DNA from: Clostridiales bacterium
GTDB taxonomy: Bacteria > Bacillota > Clostridia > Christensenellales > Borkfalkiaceae
Reading direction: 5' to 3'
NCBI GenBank assembly: GCA_015055725.1
Contig: SVHO01000005.1
Coordinates: 76 to 64,075 of the forward strand
DNA length: 64,000 nt
Under the pieces are notes generated by a model that was given only the letters and a program-made list of their open reading frames with translations, was not told where the DNA came from and ran no database searches. The position numbers and the translations under genes are program-made. This document shows positions 1-11,617 of the stretch, in pieces. Numbering within the stretch: position 1 is the first letter of the stretch; each line of letters opens with the position of its first letter.

Positions 1-307
1 AAACCGGCCCTAACGACGGTTCACGAAGTGCAACTATAACGTTTTTACCTATCTTTTTAAGCCCGTCTGACAAACCTATAGTAGTGGTCGTTTTGCCTTC
101 ACCAGCAGGGGTTGGCGTTATAGCGGTCACCAAAATAAGTTTACCGTTTTTGCGGTCATTTTCCTTTAATAACGAAAGGTCTACTTTTGCTTTGTAGTTG
201 CCGTATTGCTCAAGATATTTGTTGTCAACACCCGCACGTTTTGCAATATCTAAAATGTGTTCTGGCTTTACGCTTTGCGCAATTTCAATATCACTTTTAT
301 AACCCAT
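1..307 (-). CDS. fhs: formate--tetrahydrofolate ligase, N-terminal part (gene runs off the left edge)
   Basis: Minus-strand ORF starting at ATG 305-307. Translation is [27 protein letters not shown]...[20 protein letters not shown], with the FTHFS N-terminus and the [10 protein letters not shown] loop. AGGAG RBS upstream, and only 20 nt after the purL stop. Confidence 0.85.
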   Translation of the reverse strand, partial: MGYKSDIEIAQSVKPEHILDIAKRAGVDNKYLEQYGNYKAKVDLSLLKENDRKNGKLILVTAITPTPAGEGKTTTTIGLSDGLKKIGKNVIVALREPSLGPV

Positions 308-327
308 AATAAAATCTCCTAAAATTT

Positions 328-3300
328 TTATTTAAAGTATTTAACGGCCGATTCAAACATCTTGATATCATATTCACCGTAAACGTTTTTATAAAGTCCG
401 TTGCCTGTTCTTTCAGAGTGACCCATTTTACCGAACACCCTACCGTCAGGCGAAGTTATACCTTCAATAGCATAAACTGAATTGTTGGGGTTATACCTAA
501 TATCGTAAGTAGGCGCACCCGTTTGGTCAACGTATTGCGTAGCAACTTGACCGTTTGCGATAAGTTGATTTAACAACTCTTCTTTAATAATAAATCTACC
601 TTCACCGTGTGAAATAGGAACGGTGTAAACGTCACCAACGTTAGTACCCATAAGCCAAGGCGACTTATTAGAAGCAACGCGCGTTCTAACAAGCATTGAT
701 TGGTGACGAGCAATAGTGTTAAAGGTAAGCGTTGGCATATCTTCAGTCACTTGTTCTGTAATCTTTCCATAAGGAACTAAACCTAACTTAATAAGTGCTT
801 GGAAACCGTTGCAAATACCGCCCATAAGACCTTTCTTAACGTCTAAAAGTTCGGTCACGTTTTCTTTTATAGCTTTATTTCTAAAGAACGCGGTTATAAA
901 TTTACCCGAACCGTCAGGTTCGTCACCGCCAGAAAATCCACCAGGAACGAAAATAATTTGACTATCTTTAATTTTTTGAGCAAACGCATCAACTGATTCT
1001 TTAACGTCACAAATGTTTTTGATAACGAAAATATCTACGTCTGCACCCGCCCTTGCAAACGCCTTTTTAGTGTCGTATTCACAGTTTGTGCCTGGGAACA
1101 CGGGAACGAGAACGCGTGGTTTTGCGAACTTAGTTGGTGAGTAATCCCATTTGTTCGCGCTGTATTCGATAGCAGGAATTTCGCCTTTTGAAGTTTCAAC
1201 GTTATTACACTTAAACACGGGTTCAAGTTTGTTTTCATAATCGCAAAGCAAACTTTCAAGGCAGACGCTTTGACCTTTATATTTAAGCGCGTACTCTTTA
1301 GTAGTTTTACCAATAACCACCGCTTTATCAAGCGTTGCACCTTTTTCTAATTCGATAACGAACGCGCCGTAGTTATAACCGAAAACGTTTTCTAAATCAA
1401 TATCGTTAAATTCAAAGCCTATGCCGTTGCCGAACGCCATTTTCATAACTGCTTCTGCAACACCACCGTAAGTGACGGTATACATAGAAAGTATTTTTCC
1501 ACTATCGTTAAGTTTTTCAATCAAACGGAAATTTTCAATCAAATCTTTTGAATCGATAAGTCCGTTTTCAGTTTTCTTTGCTTTAAGCAAAACAACCGTG
1601 CTATCAACCTTTTTAAATTCAGGGGAAACAACTTTATCAAGTTTATCCGTTGTCACCGCAAACGAAACGAGCGTAGGCGGAACGTCAATATTTTCAAACG
1701 AGCCACTCATAGAGTCCTTTCCACCGATTGCAGAAAGTTTAAGTTCCCTTTGAGCGCGATAAGCACCTAAAAGTGCCGAACACGGTTTTCCCCAACGCGT
1801 TGCGTCTTTATTCGGTTTTTCAAAATACTCTTGGAAAGTTAAATAAGTGTCGTCAAAGGTTGCGCCCGTTGCGATAAGTTTACAAACACTTTCAATAACT
1901 GCGTAATACCCACCGAACAATGGACTTTTTTCGCTGACGAACGGATTATAACCCCAACTCATAAACGAACAAGTGTCAGTATCGGCATTTTCAACCGAAA
2001 CTTTGTTTACCATTGCTTGAATAGGCGTGCGTTGATTTTTTCCGCCAAACGGCATAAGAACGGTGCCTGCGCCGATGGTAGAGTCAAAGCGTTCTGAAAG
2101 TCCACGTTTTGAACAAACGTTAAGGTCAGTTGCAAGTTCTTTAATTCCTTTTTCAAAGTCGCAAGGGATAACCTTTTTATCCATAACTTGCTCTTTAATT
2201 TTAACTTGGGTTTTCTTTTCTGCACCGTTGCTGTTTAAGAATTCTCTTGAAATATCAACGATGGTTTTGCCTTTCCAAGTCATTTTAAGGCGAGCGTCGT
2301 CCGTGACGGTTGCAACGATTGTTGCTTCTAAGTTTTCACTAGTTGCAAGTTGCATAAACCTTTCAGCGTCTTTACTTTCAACAACAACAGCCATTCTTTC
2401 TTGTGATTCGCTTATTGCAAGTTCAGTTCCGTCAAGTCCGTCGTATTTTTTAGGAACTTTATCAAGTTCGATAAACAAGCCGTCGGCAAGTTCACCGATA
2501 GCAACGGAAACACCGCCTGCGCCAAAGTCATTACAACGCTTAATTAAGCGAGATGCTTCGGGGTTTCTAAACAATCTTTGTAATTTTCTTTCTTCGGGAG
2601 CATTACCCTTTTGAACTTCTGCACCACAAGAAGAAAGTGATTCTATATTATGAGATTTTGAAGAACCCGTTGCACCACCGCAACCGTCTCTACCCGTTCT
2701 TCCACCAAGAAGAATAACCACGTCACCCTTAGCAGGAACTTCACGGCGAACGTTTTGCGCAGGTGCACCTGCGATAACCGCACCGATTTCCATACGCTTA
2801 GCAACGTATCCTTCGTGATAAATTTCATCAACCATACCCGTTGCAAGACCGATTTGGTTGCCGTAAGAAGAATATCCGTTAGCGGCAGTCGTCACGATTT
2901 TTCTTTGGGGAAGTTTACCCTTTATAGTTTCAGAAAGCGGTTTTAACGGATTGCCTGCCCCCGTCACACGCATTGCGCCGTAAACGTAGCTTCTGCCCGA
3001 CAACGGGTCACGTATAGCACCGCCGATACAAGTTGCCGCACCGCCAAAAGGTTCAATTTCGGTGGGGTGGTTATGCGTTTCGTTTTTAAAGAGCAACAAC
3101 CAATCTTGTTCTTCACCGCCCACGTTAACCTTAATTTTAACCGTGCAAGCGTTTATTTCTTCTGAATCGTCTATTTTAGGGAGAGCGCCCGTCGCTTTAT
3201 GGTATCTCGTTGCAATGGTTGCAAGGTCCATAAGGTTTACGGGTTTAGTTCTACCAAGTTCTTTTCTGGTGTTAAGATAATCTTCGTAAATTTCTTGCGC

Positions 3301-4017
3301 AAGTTTATCTTCAAATTCAGCCTTTTCAATAGTGGTCAAAAAGGTTGTGTGACGACAATGGTCAGACCAATAAGTGTCAATCATTTTGATTTCAGTTATA
3401 GTTGGGTCTCTATCTTCGCTAATAAAATAAGCTTGCAAGAACTTTAAGTCGTCAATATCCATTGCAAGTCCTTTTTCTTTTAGAAATGCACTTAAACCGT
3501 CACTATCAAGTTTGTTAAAACCGATAAGAGTTTCAACGCTTTCTGGAACTGAATATTCTAAAGCCAAAGTTTCTTTTTCCGAAAGGTCGGCTTCCCTACA
3601 CTCTACAGGGTTGATAACGTATTTTTTTATAGCCAAAAGTTGTTCGTCTGAAAGAGTTCCGTAAATAGCGTAAACTTTTGCAGTTTTAACAACGGGGCGC
3701 GTTCCTGCTGAAAAGAGTTGAACGCATTGTGCAGCCGAATCTGCGCGTTGGTCAAATTGACCAGGGAGCGGTTCAACTGCAAAAACGTAATCAGCGCAAG
3801 GCAAACTCGTAAAAGTGTCGTCAATTTGGGGTTCTGAAAAAACCGAATTGATGCATTTATCAAATAAATCTTTTTCGATATCTTCAACGTCATAACGGTT
3901 GATAACCGAAAGTGATTTAACGCCGTTAATCTTTAAAAGGTTTTCAATTTCGCCTTTCAAAGCGTTTGCTTCGTTGGCGAATTCAGGTTTTTTTGCAACG
4001 TAAATTCTATAAACCAT
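328..4017 (-). CDS. purL: phosphoribosylformylglycinamidine (FGAM) synthase, single-chain large form
   Basis: 1229-aa ORF with AIRS-type motifs ([26 protein letters not shown]). C-terminal glutamine amidotransferase motifs GICNGFQ and HGEGRF. The start overlaps the purD stop (TAATG). Confidence 0.95.
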   Translation of the reverse strand: MVYRIYVAKKPEFANEANALKGEIENLLKINGVKSLSVINRYDVEDIEKDLFDKCINSVFSEPQIDDTFTSLPCADYVFAVEPLPGQFDQRADSAAQCVQLFSAGTRPVVKTAKVYAIYGTLSDEQLLAIKKYVINPVECREADLSEKETLALEYSVPESVETLIGFNKLDSDGLSAFLKEKGLAMDIDDLKFLQAYFISEDRDPTITEIKMIDTYWSDHCRHTTFLTTIEKAEFEDKLAQEIYEDYLNTRKELGRTKPVNLMDLATIATRYHKATGALPKIDDSEEINACTVKIKVNVGGEEQDWLLLFKNETHNHPTEIEPFGGAATCIGGAIRDPLSGRSYVYGAMRVTGAGNPLKPLSETIKGKLPQRKIVTTAANGYSSYGNQIGLATGMVDEIYHEGYVAKRMEIGAVIAGAPAQNVRREVPAKGDVVILLGGRTGRDGCGGATGSSKSHNIESLSSCGAEVQKGNAPEERKLQRLFRNPEASRLIKRCNDFGAGGVSVAIGELADGLFIELDKVPKKYDGLDGTELAISESQERMAVVVESKDAERFMQLATSENLEATIVATVTDDARLKMTWKGKTIVDISREFLNSNGAEKKTQVKIKEQVMDKKVIPCDFEKGIKELATDLNVCSKRGLSERFDSTIGAGTVLMPFGGKNQRTPIQAMVNKVSVENADTDTCSFMSWGYNPFVSEKSPLFGGYYAVIESVCKLIATGATFDDTYLTFQEYFEKPNKDATRWGKPCSALLGAYRAQRELKLSAIGGKDSMSGSFENIDVPPTLVSFAVTTDKLDKVVSPEFKKVDSTVVLLKAKKTENGLIDSKDLIENFRLIEKLNDSGKILSMYTVTYGGVAEAVMKMAFGNGIGFEFNDIDLENVFGYNYGAFVIELEKGATLDKAVVIGKTTKEYALKYKGQSVCLESLLCDYENKLEPVFKCNNVETSKGEIPAIEYSANKWDYSPTKFAKPRVLVPVFPGTNCEYDTKKAFARAGADVDIFVIKNICDVKESVDAFAQKIKDSQIIFVPGGFSGGDEPDGSGKFITAFFRNKAIKENVTELLDVKKGLMGGICNGFQALIKLGLVPYGKITEQVTEDMPTLTFNTIARHQSMLVRTRVASNKSPWLMGTNVGDVYTVPISHGEGRFIIKEELLNQLIANGQVATQYVDQTGAPTYDIRYNPNNSVYAIEGITSPDGRVFGKMGHSERTGNGLYKNVYGEYDIKMFESAVKYFK

Positions 4018-5288
4018 TATCTTTTTTCTCCGTATGCTTTTAATGCGCGCTTACCTATATCGCTACGGTAAAACGCGTTTGCAAAATGAATTTTAGAAAC
4101 TTTTTTATAAGCCTTTTTAATTGCGCCTTTAAGGGTAAAGGCAACGGCTGTCACACCCAAAACTCTTCCGCCGTTAGTTAAAAGTTTATCGCCGTCAAGT
4201 TTAGCGCCTGCAACGAAAACGTTTTTCCTGCTAGTGTTAAAGGTTATTTCATACCCCTTTTCATATTTTTCGGGATAGCCTTTGCTTGCCATAATAACGC
4301 AACAAGCCGATTTTTTCTTAAACTCAACTTTAATTTCGCTAAGTCTTTCTTCTGCAACCGCTTGCATAATTTCAAAAAGGTCGGTTTTAAGAAGTGGCAA
4401 CACCACTTGCGTTTCTGGGTCACCAAAACGGCAGTTATATTCAATAACCTTAGGACCTTTTGGCGTTAACATAAGTCCAAAATACAAGCATCCCTTAAAC
4501 GTTCTATTTTCACTGTTCATAGCGTTCATAGTGGGAATAAATATCTTTTCCATGCACTCTTTCGCTATATCTTCGGTATAATATGGGTTTGGCGCAACCG
4601 TTCCCATCCCCCCCGTGTTAAGTCCCTTATCGTCGTCAAGCGCACGCTTATGGTCCATTGAAGACACCATAGGAACTAACGTTTTACCGTCAGTAAACGA
4701 AAGAACTGAAACCTCTGGCCCAGTCAAAAATTCTTCAATAACGATATTAGAACCCGATTGACCGAACATTTTATCTTCCATCATACCTTTAACGGCTTTT
4801 TTCGCGTCGTCTAAATTTTCAGCAATAATAACGCCTTTTCCAAGCGCAAGGCCATCTGCCTTAATAACGATAGGCATATCACAAGTATCTAAGTAAGAAA
4901 GTGCCTTTTCCATATCCGAAAAAGTTTCATACTTTGCGGTGGGTATGCCGTATTTTTTCATTAAATTTTTAGAAAAAATCTTACTACCTTCAATTATTGC
5001 CGCTTGCTTGGTTGGTCCAAAACAAGGGATACCTTTATCGTTTAAGACGTTAACTGCACCGAGCACCAACGGGTCATCAGGTGCAACAACTGCAAAATCT
5101 ATTTTATTTTCAACTGCCCAATCAGCGATTTTATCAACGTCTTTAACGTTCATATCAACCGTAATGGCGTCGGCAGAAATACCGCCGTTGCCAGCGATTG
5201 CAAACAATTGAGTGATTTTTTTACTTTTTTTCAAACTTTGAATAATAGCGTGTTCTCTTCCGCCATTACCAACGACTAAAACTTTCAT
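4017..5288 (-). CDS. purD: phosphoribosylamine--glycine ligase (GAR synthetase)
   Basis: 423 aa. MKVLVVGNGGREHA N-terminus and the ATP-grasp core typical of PurD. Sits inside the pur operon. Confidence 0.95.
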   Translation of the reverse strand: MKVLVVGNGGREHAIIQSLKKSKKITQLFAIAGNGGISADAITVDMNVKDVDKIADWAVENKIDFAVVAPDDPLVLGAVNVLNDKGIPCFGPTKQAAIIEGSKIFSKNLMKKYGIPTAKYETFSDMEKALSYLDTCDMPIVIKADGLALGKGVIIAENLDDAKKAVKGMMEDKMFGQSGSNIVIEEFLTGPEVSVLSFTDGKTLVPMVSSMDHKRALDDDKGLNTGGMGTVAPNPYYTEDIAKECMEKIFIPTMNAMNSENRTFKGCLYFGLMLTPKGPKVIEYNCRFGDPETQVVLPLLKTDLFEIMQAVAEERLSEIKVEFKKKSACCVIMASKGYPEKYEKGYEITFNTSRKNVFVAGAKLDGDKLLTNGGRVLGVTAVAFTLKGAIKKAYKKVSKIHFANAFYRSDIGKRALKAYGEKR

Positions 5289-5305
5289 TTATAATCTCCA
5301 AAAAA

Positions 5306-6493
5306 TTAGTGGTGGAACAAACGCATGCCAGTAAACGACATAACGATATCGTTATCGTCACAAGCCTTAATAACCAAATCGTCACGAACCGAACCACCTG
5401 GTTCTGCTATATAACTAACACCGCTCTTAACCGCTCTTTCAATGTTATCGCTGAACGGGAAGAAAGCGTCAGAACCAAGAGCAACTCCTTTAATTTTAGA
5501 TAAGATTGCCTTTTTATCTTCTCTGGTAAAGAGCGCAGGCTTTTGTGTAAAATATTTTTGCCAAACGCCGTCAACGAGTAAATCTTCGCATTCGTCGGAA
5601 ATATAGATATCTATAACGTTGTTTCTATCCGGTCTACCAAGCGTGGGAAGGAAAGGAAGATTAAGCACTTTATCGCTTTGGCGTAAGAACCAGTTATCCG
5701 CTTTGCTACCAGCAAGGCGAGTACAATGAATTCTTGATTGTTGACCTGCACCTACACCGATTGCTTGACCGTTATGAGCAAAACAAACTGAGTTAGATTG
5801 AGTATATTTAAGAGTAATAAGCGCAACTATAAGGTCAATAACCGCACTTTCGGGGAATTGGTTTTTAGCAGTGACTATTTGTTTAGTGATGAGTTCACGG
5901 TCAATTTTGAAGTTGTTTCTACCTTGTTCAAAAGTAATGCCGAAAACTTGTTTAATTTCTTTTTCTTCAGGAACGTAATCGGGGTCGATTTGAACCACGT
6001 TATAAGTTCCGTTTCTCTTCGCTTTTAAGATTTCAAGTGCTTTTTCAGAATAAGAAGGAGCGATAACGCCGTCTGAAACTTCACGTTTAATAATTTTAGC
6101 AGTCACTTCGTCACATTCGTCTGAAAGAGCAATCCAGTCACCGAACGAACTCATTCTATCCGTTCCCCTTGCCCTTGCGTAAGCGCACGCGATAGGAGAA
6201 TCGTCAAGCCCTTCGATATCGTCTACAAAGCAAGCTTTCTTTTCAACGTCTGAAAGTTTGTTGCTAACTGCAGAACCTGCGGGGCTAACGTGCTTAAAAG
6301 AAGTTGCACAAGGCTTGCCCGTTGCTTCTTTAAGTTCTTTAACAAGTTGCCAAGAGTTAAAAGCGTCCAAAAAATTGATATAACCAGGTTTACCGTTTAA
6401 TATGGTCACGGGCAATTCTTTGCCGTTAGACATATAAATTTTTGCAGGTTTTTGATTTGGATTACAACCATATTTAAGTTCAAATTCTCTCAT
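5306..6493 (-). CDS. purH: AICAR formyltransferase (AICARFT half of PurH only; no MGS-like cyclohydrolase half)
   Basis: 395 aa beginning MREFELKYGCNPNQ, which resembles the C-terminal formyltransferase domain of bifunctional PurH. The length is about 200 aa short of full PurH. Confidence 0.85.
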   Translation of the reverse strand: MREFELKYGCNPNQKPAKIYMSNGKELPVTILNGKPGYINFLDAFNSWQLVKELKEATGKPCATSFKHVSPAGSAVSNKLSDVEKKACFVDDIEGLDDSPIACAYARARGTDRMSSFGDWIALSDECDEVTAKIIKREVSDGVIAPSYSEKALEILKAKRNGTYNVVQIDPDYVPEEKEIKQVFGITFEQGRNNFKIDRELITKQIVTAKNQFPESAVIDLIVALITLKYTQSNSVCFAHNGQAIGVGAGQQSRIHCTRLAGSKADNWFLRQSDKVLNLPFLPTLGRPDRNNVIDIYISDECEDLLVDGVWQKYFTQKPALFTREDKKAILSKIKGVALGSDAFFPFSDNIERAVKSGVSYIAEPGGSVRDDLVIKACDDNDIVMSFTGMRLFHH

Positions 6494-6502
6494 AATTTTC
6501 TC

Positions 6503-7234
6503 CTATTTATTTTTGTTAATAATATATTCTTGTGCCTTGCCGTCTTCTAAAGAAACAACCCTTATAAAGAGTGAAACTTTGTTATCTTGGTTAAGGTTTT
6601 CCCAAACTATATCTGCAAGTTCTTTTGCCGTGTTTGGCATTTCAACTCTTTCTGGTTCGCCGTAAAAAGAAGGGATAGGATTACCGTCGCACTCATAAGT
6701 GTGGATAAAGTGACCTAAACCGCTTATTGGCGTGTATGAATAAAAATACCTATCACAAACTTGTGGGTTGCCGTCAGAACTTTTCAAAATTGACATTTTA
6801 TACTTAAAGTCCCCTTCGCCGTAATTAAGAATAGCAGAAATTCTCGGGGTGTAATTTGGGTGGTCGGGTTCAAATTCGCGTGAGTGAAGTGATTTTTCAA
6901 ACGCATAGCCGTCGTCACCAAACTCTTTTATGTAATTAAACACGGTGTCCGTTTGGTCGCCGTTAGTGACAATATCGCTATTTTCACATTCCAAAAACGG
7001 ATTGTAAATAATAAGGCTTGGGTCAACTAATTTACTTTCGTCAAAAGCCTTTGTTCTCATACCGCCGTCAAACCTTTCAAATATACGGTTGCGACTGTTC
7101 GTGCTTCTGCCCATAATGAAATAAGCAATCATAGCGCTCTTGCCGTCTTGACTTTTGCCAACGATAATTCCCCTGCCGGGATAACTGTTAGTAGCAAGCA
7201 AATCTTTAATTTTGTTTAATCCTTTAACACTCAT
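6503..7234 (-). CDS. purO: IMP cyclohydrolase, archaeal PurO-like type
   Basis: 243 aa. SYPGRGIIVGKS...AYFIMGRSTNSRNR N-terminus is characteristic of the PurO/IMP_cyclohyd family. It lies directly upstream of the AICARFT-only gene. Confidence 0.8.
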   Translation of the reverse strand: MSVKGLNKIKDLLATNSYPGRGIIVGKSQDGKSAMIAYFIMGRSTNSRNRIFERFDGGMRTKAFDESKLVDPSLIIYNPFLECENSDIVTNGDQTDTVFNYIKEFGDDGYAFEKSLHSREFEPDHPNYTPRISAILNYGEGDFKYKMSILKSSDGNPQVCDRYFYSYTPISGLGHFIHTYECDGNPIPSFYGEPERVEMPNTAKELADIVWENLNQDNKVSLFIRVVSLEDGKAQEYIINKNK

Positions 7235-7235
7235 T

Positions 7236-7847
7236 CTATATTTCTCCTTTAATGACCATTTTACAAACTAATTCAAGTGAAGCGGGCAAAATTTTCCACT
7301 CCGCCTCTTGCATAACTCTTTTTTGCAAACTTTCAGGCGTATCTTTATCTTTAATTTTAACAGCCTTTTGCATAATAATTTTTCCGCCGTCTGGCACTTC
7401 GTTAACGAAATGCACGGTTGCACCCGTCACCTTAACGCCGTATTCAAGCGCTTTTTCGTGAACTTTAAGCCCATAAAAACCTTCACCGCAAAAACTTGGG
7501 ATAAGCGAAGGGTGAACGTTTATAATTCTATCCTTATACCTATCTGTGAAATCTTTTGAAAGTATGCACATAAACCCTGCGAGAACTATTACTTGTGCGC
7601 CTGCGCTTTCAAGTTCTTCAATAAGACCTTTTTCAAATTCCGCTTGGGTTTTACCTTTTTTGATAACGACCGCGGTGGGAATTTCCGCATCACTAGCGCG
7701 TTTTAGCGCGTAAGCACCTTCTTTGTTAGAAATAACCTTTACGATTTTTCCACTTTCTAACTTTCCTTCCGCGCAAAAATCTATGATGGCTTGTAAGTTC
7801 GTTCCGCCACCAGAAACTAAAACTGCAACCTTAATTGGATTTTTCAT
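7236..7847 (-). CDS. purN: phosphoribosylglycinamide formyltransferase
   Basis: The track start at 7928 is rejected. ATG 7847 follows an AAGGAGATTG RBS and gives [22 protein letters not shown]. The NVHPSLIP motif of GAR transformylase is present. Confidence 0.9.
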   Translation of the reverse strand: MKNPIKVAVLVSGGGTNLQAIIDFCAEGKLESGKIVKVISNKEGAYALKRASDAEIPTAVVIKKGKTQAEFEKGLIEELESAGAQVIVLAGFMCILSKDFTDRYKDRIINVHPSLIPSFCGEGFYGLKVHEKALEYGVKVTGATVHFVNEVPDGGKIIMQKAVKIKDKDTPESLQKRVMQEAEWKILPASLELVCKMVIKGEI

Positions 7848-8481
7848 TAGCAATCTCCTTTCCGTCACAATTTTTCTTTTTACCAATCGAAAGTTTTCCT
7901 TGAAGAACAGGAAGAAGCATTCCGCCAACCGCGTTGCCCGCGATAACTATTAAAATAAACAAAAATGCATCAAACGAAACTTGTGCGCTAATTCCAAAAT
8001 AAGCCATATTAGCGATAGAGTGTTCAAAACCACTTAGAATAAATACGGGAACGGCAAATAAAATTCCAACAATCGTTTTATTTTCACGATAAACGCTAAC
8101 TGCAACGTACATAAGAACACCGCAAAAGATTGCTCTTATAAAAGTTTGCCACCACTCTTGCGTAAGTTTTGATTCATACAAAACTTGTGCGCTTGCTTGA
8201 AGATTAGGAAGCGCAAGCCCAACCAAATATCCCAAAGCACAAGTCGCAATAGCGTTTCCTAAAAGCCCTAATAAAAGAGCGGAAACTTCTTCTTTGCCGT
8301 GCTTTTCAGGTATATAGCCAACTTTTCCCGTAAAGAGCGAAAGTCCTTTATAGCAAATGGTTAAAAGCGCAACGGCAAATAAAACTGCGCCAACAACTTT
8401 ACTAGTACAAGCGAGATAAACCGAACAACCGATAGTTATCATTAACCCAGCGGAAACGCCGTCTAAAATCTTTCTTAGCAT
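7831..8481 (-). CDS. formate/nitrite transporter (FNT) family channel, short form
   Basis: 216 aa, polytopic. Three FNT hallmark blocks are present: [25 protein letters not shown] and [12 protein letters not shown]. It overlaps the purM stop by 7 nt and the purN start by 17 nt. Confidence 0.75.
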   Translation of the reverse strand: MLRKILDGVSAGLMITIGCSVYLACTSKVVGAVLFAVALLTICYKGLSLFTGKVGYIPEKHGKEEVSALLLGLLGNAIATCALGYLVGLALPNLQASAQVLYESKLTQEWWQTFIRAIFCGVLMYVAVSVYRENKTIVGILFAVPVFILSGFEHSIANMAYFGISAQVSFDAFLFILIVIAGNAVGGMLLPVLQGKLSIGKKKNCDGKEIANEKSN

Positions 8482-9509
8482 AATTCAATTTTGTTTTCAG
8501 ACTTAATGATTTCGCCCATGATATACGCGCTTTCACCGTTAGCACGAAGAATTGAGAGTGCTTTGTCAGCATCTTCTTTTGCAACGACAACGCTCATACC
8601 AACACCCATATTGAAGGTATTGAACATATCCCTTTCACAAATACCGCCAGTTTTAGCAAGCATATCGAAAACAGGAAGGATTTTAACTGCAGCTTTCTCG
8701 ATTTTTGCGCCAAAACCTTCGGGAATACTTCTAGGAATATTTTCATAAAAGCCACCGCCTGTGATGTGAGAAATTGCTTTTACCTTAACCTTTTCAACTA
8801 AAGCCATAATGGGTTTAACGTAAATTCTAGTAGGCGTGAGCAACGTTTCGCCCAAACTCTTTCCGCCAAGTGCTTCAATCGGGGTTTTGATATCCGCCTT
8901 TTCAACGTCAAACACCTTTCTAACGAGTGAAAATCCGTTGCTGTGGACACCCGTTGAAGGAAGCGCGATAACAACGTCACCTTCTTTCATCTTTTTATTG
9001 TCTAAAATTTTCTTTTTATCTACCACGCCAACTGAAAAACCTGCAAGGTCATATTCATCAACGGGATAAAAGCCTGGCATTTCAGCAGTTTCGCCACCGA
9101 TAAGCGCGCAACCTGCTTGAACGCAACCTTCTGCAACGCCTTCAACGATAGAAGCAACTCTTTCAGGCACGTTCTTGCCAACTGCAATATAGTCAAGGAA
9201 GAATAATGGTTTAGCACCGCAACAAATAACGTCGTTAACACACATAGCAACGCAGTCGATACCAACCGTGTTGTGCTTATCCATTAAAAATGCAATTTTA
9301 AGTTTTGTTCCAACACCGTCCGTTCCACTAACTAAAACAGGATTTTTAACTTTTCCAAGTTCAAAAAGTCCGCCAAAACCACCGATATCAGAACAAACGC
9401 CCTTAGTCATCGTTCTTTTAATGTGGCTTTTCATAAGCTCAACTGCCTTGTATCCAGCGGTAATATCTACGCCCGCTTGCTTATAACTTTCACTATAACT
9501 TTTTTCCAT
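8475..9509 (-). CDS. purM: phosphoribosylformylglycinamidine cyclo-ligase (AIR synthetase)
   Basis: Start moved to ATG 9509 (GGAGAAAG RBS), giving [23 protein letters not shown] and the AIRS/AIRS_C pattern are present. Confidence 0.95.
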   Translation of the reverse strand: MEKSYSESYKQAGVDITAGYKAVELMKSHIKRTMTKGVCSDIGGFGGLFELGKVKNPVLVSGTDGVGTKLKIAFLMDKHNTVGIDCVAMCVNDVICCGAKPLFFLDYIAVGKNVPERVASIVEGVAEGCVQAGCALIGGETAEMPGFYPVDEYDLAGFSVGVVDKKKILDNKKMKEGDVVIALPSTGVHSNGFSLVRKVFDVEKADIKTPIEALGGKSLGETLLTPTRIYVKPIMALVEKVKVKAISHITGGGFYENIPRSIPEGFGAKIEKAAVKILPVFDMLAKTGGICERDMFNTFNMGVGMSVVVAKEDADKALSILRANGESAYIMGEIIKSENKIELC

Positions 9510-9531
9510 TTTGCTTTCTCCGTTTTTATAA

Positions 9532-10974
9532 TCAATTTCTTTTCGTATATTCTTCAATATTTATCTTGTTTTCATATTTACTGCCCGTGCTCTTTGGGGT
9601 TTCAGTGGGATAATTCCCGTCAAAGCACGCATAACAGAACCCGTTTTTGCCATCCATTAGCGCAATCTTTTTCATATCTTCGAGGTCTAAATAATTAAGA
9701 CTGTCAACCCCAACCATTTGCCTAATCTCTTCAATCGTGTGTTGATTTGCTATTAGCATTTCTTTATTGGGGACGTCCGTTCCGTAATAACAAGGGAACA
9801 AGAAGGGTGGTGAAGAAACCATAAAATGCACTTCGGTTGCACCTGCTTCACGCAAAAGTTTAACAACCCTTCCACTCGTCGTTCCGCGCACTATAGAATC
9901 GTCAACCATTACGACGCGTTTTCCTTTAACCACCGAAGAAATAGGGTTAAGTTTTTTTCTCACTTGGTCTTCCCTATCTTTTTGGTCGGGGAATATAAAC
10001 GTTCTACCAACGTATTTATTTTTCAAAAATCCAAGTTCATAAGGTATACCCGATTGCTTTGCATAACCGATAGCCGCATCGTTTCCAGAGTCAGGAACAC
10101 TTATAACGACGTCCGCTTCAACAGGATATTTTTTTGCAAGATATCTACCCATTTCAACCCTTGCTTCGTGAACCGAATAACCATCAACTATTGAATCTGG
10201 ACGCGCGTTGTATACGAACTCGAAAATACAAGAAGACATTTTTGCCTTATTACAATGGTCTTCAATAGAGCGAACACCCATACTGTCAAACACGATAACT
10301 TCACCTGGTTTAACGTCTCTAACAAGTTCCGCACCAACAGCGTCTAGCGCGCAACTTTCAGATGCAACCACGTAAGAGCCGTCTTCGGTGACACCATAGC
10401 ACAACGGCCTAAACCCGTTGGGGTCACGCGCGGCAATAAGTTTGGTGGGTGACATCAAAACTATGCAATAAGCACCTTTAAGTTTATTCATAGCATCAGC
10501 AACGGCACGCTCAATCGACGGTGCATTAAGCCTTGCTTTAATAATTTCGTAAGCGATAACTTCAGTGTCTGCCGTTGAGTGGAAAATAGAGCCTTGAAGT
10601 TCAAGTTCAGTTCTAAGTTCGTTTTTGTTTACTAAACTTCCGTTAAACCCTAACGCTAACGTTCCTTTAACGTGATTGACCACTAACGGTTGAGCGTTTG
10701 CGTGAGTGACCGAACCTTTAACACCCGCACGAACGTGCCCTACCGCAATTTTACCCGTACCGAAAGAAGCGAGCACTTCTTTGGTGAAAACGTCGCCAAC
10801 TAAGCCTAAATCTTTTTTGCCCGTAAACACCCCACCGTCGTTAACAACGATACCGCAACTGTCTTGCCCGCGGTGTTGAAGTGCGTAAAGCGCATAGTAG
10901 GTCATACTTGCAAGATTTCTCTCATATGACGAATAGATGCCGAAAACACCACATTCTTCTCGTATTTTTTCCAT
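9532..10974 (-). CDS. purF: amidophosphoribosyltransferase
   Basis: Start moved to ATG 10974 (GGAGGC RBS). [14 protein letters not shown] is a propeptide followed by the Ntn cysteine. PRTase loop [13 protein letters not shown] and C-terminal Cys ligands are present. Confidence 0.95.
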   Translation of the reverse strand: MEKIREECGVFGIYSSYERNLASMTYYALYALQHRGQDSCGIVVNDGGVFTGKKDLGLVGDVFTKEVLASFGTGKIAVGHVRAGVKGSVTHANAQPLVVNHVKGTLALGFNGSLVNKNELRTELELQGSIFHSTADTEVIAYEIIKARLNAPSIERAVADAMNKLKGAYCIVLMSPTKLIAARDPNGFRPLCYGVTEDGSYVVASESCALDAVGAELVRDVKPGEVIVFDSMGVRSIEDHCNKAKMSSCIFEFVYNARPDSIVDGYSVHEARVEMGRYLAKKYPVEADVVISVPDSGNDAAIGYAKQSGIPYELGFLKNKYVGRTFIFPDQKDREDQVRKKLNPISSVVKGKRVVMVDDSIVRGTTSGRVVKLLREAGATEVHFMVSSPPFLFPCYYGTDVPNKEMLIANQHTIEEIRQMVGVDSLNYLDLEDMKKIALMDGKNGFCYACFDGNYPTETPKSTGSKYENKINIEEYTKRN

Positions 10975-11066
10975 ATTTAAGCCTCCGTTAAATGCACATA
11001 AAATATAGAAAAGTGAAAGTAATTCGCCTTCACTTTTCATAAAGCACTTTGCTTTAATTATCAATC

Positions 11067-11558
11067 TTACTTATAACGCTGATTGATTTCTTTATCTTTT
11101 TCTAAAATACTCGTTTTCTTTTGGTCGCGCGCAGACTGAAGTTTTTCTGCAAGAGATTTATCTTCAACTGCAAGAATTTGAATTGCCAAAAGCCCTGCGT
11201 TTTCCGCCCCGTCAATCGCAACGGTTGCAACCGGAATGCCTGCTGGCATTTGAACGGTTGATAAAAGCGCGTCAATCCCTTCAAGCGCAGACGCTTTAAT
11301 TGGAATTCCAATAACAGGCAAAGTAGTGTTTGCTGCAATTGCACCTGCCAAGTGAGCAGCTTTCCCCGCCGCCGCTATAATAACGCCTATCCCGTTATCA
11401 CGTGCGCTCGCCGTAAACTCTTTTGCTTCAGCAGGCGTGCGATGCGCTGAGAAAATGTGAACTTCCGTTTCAACGCCGTAAGATTGCACCGTTGTTATGG
11501 CTTTCTCAACAACTTTAAGGTCACTATCACTACCCATAATTACCGCAACTTTTTTCAT
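11067..11558 (-). CDS. purE: 5-(carboxyamino)imidazole ribonucleotide mutase
   Basis: Start moved to ATG 11558 (AAGGAGATTG RBS), giving [24 protein letters not shown] motif is present. First gene after the leader. Confidence 0.93.
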   Translation of the reverse strand: MKKVAVIMGSDSDLKVVEKAITTVQSYGVETEVHIFSAHRTPAEAKEFTASARDNGIGVIIAAAGKAAHLAGAIAANTTLPVIGIPIKASALEGIDALLSTVQMPAGIPVATVAIDGAENAGLLAIQILAVEDKSLAEKLQSARDQKKTSILEKDKEINQRYK

Positions 11559-11582
11559 TTCAATCTCCTTTAACACAAATAG

Positions 11583-11617
11583 AATATAAAAGGGCAGTTT
11601 GAAAAAACAAACTGCCC
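11583..11617 (-). terminator. intrinsic terminator that serves as the riboswitch expression platform
   Basis: Minus strand reads GGGCAGTTTG-TTTTTTC-AAACTGCCC followed by TTTTATATT. The 5' arm overlaps the conserved 3' block of the aptamer. Confidence 0.7.
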
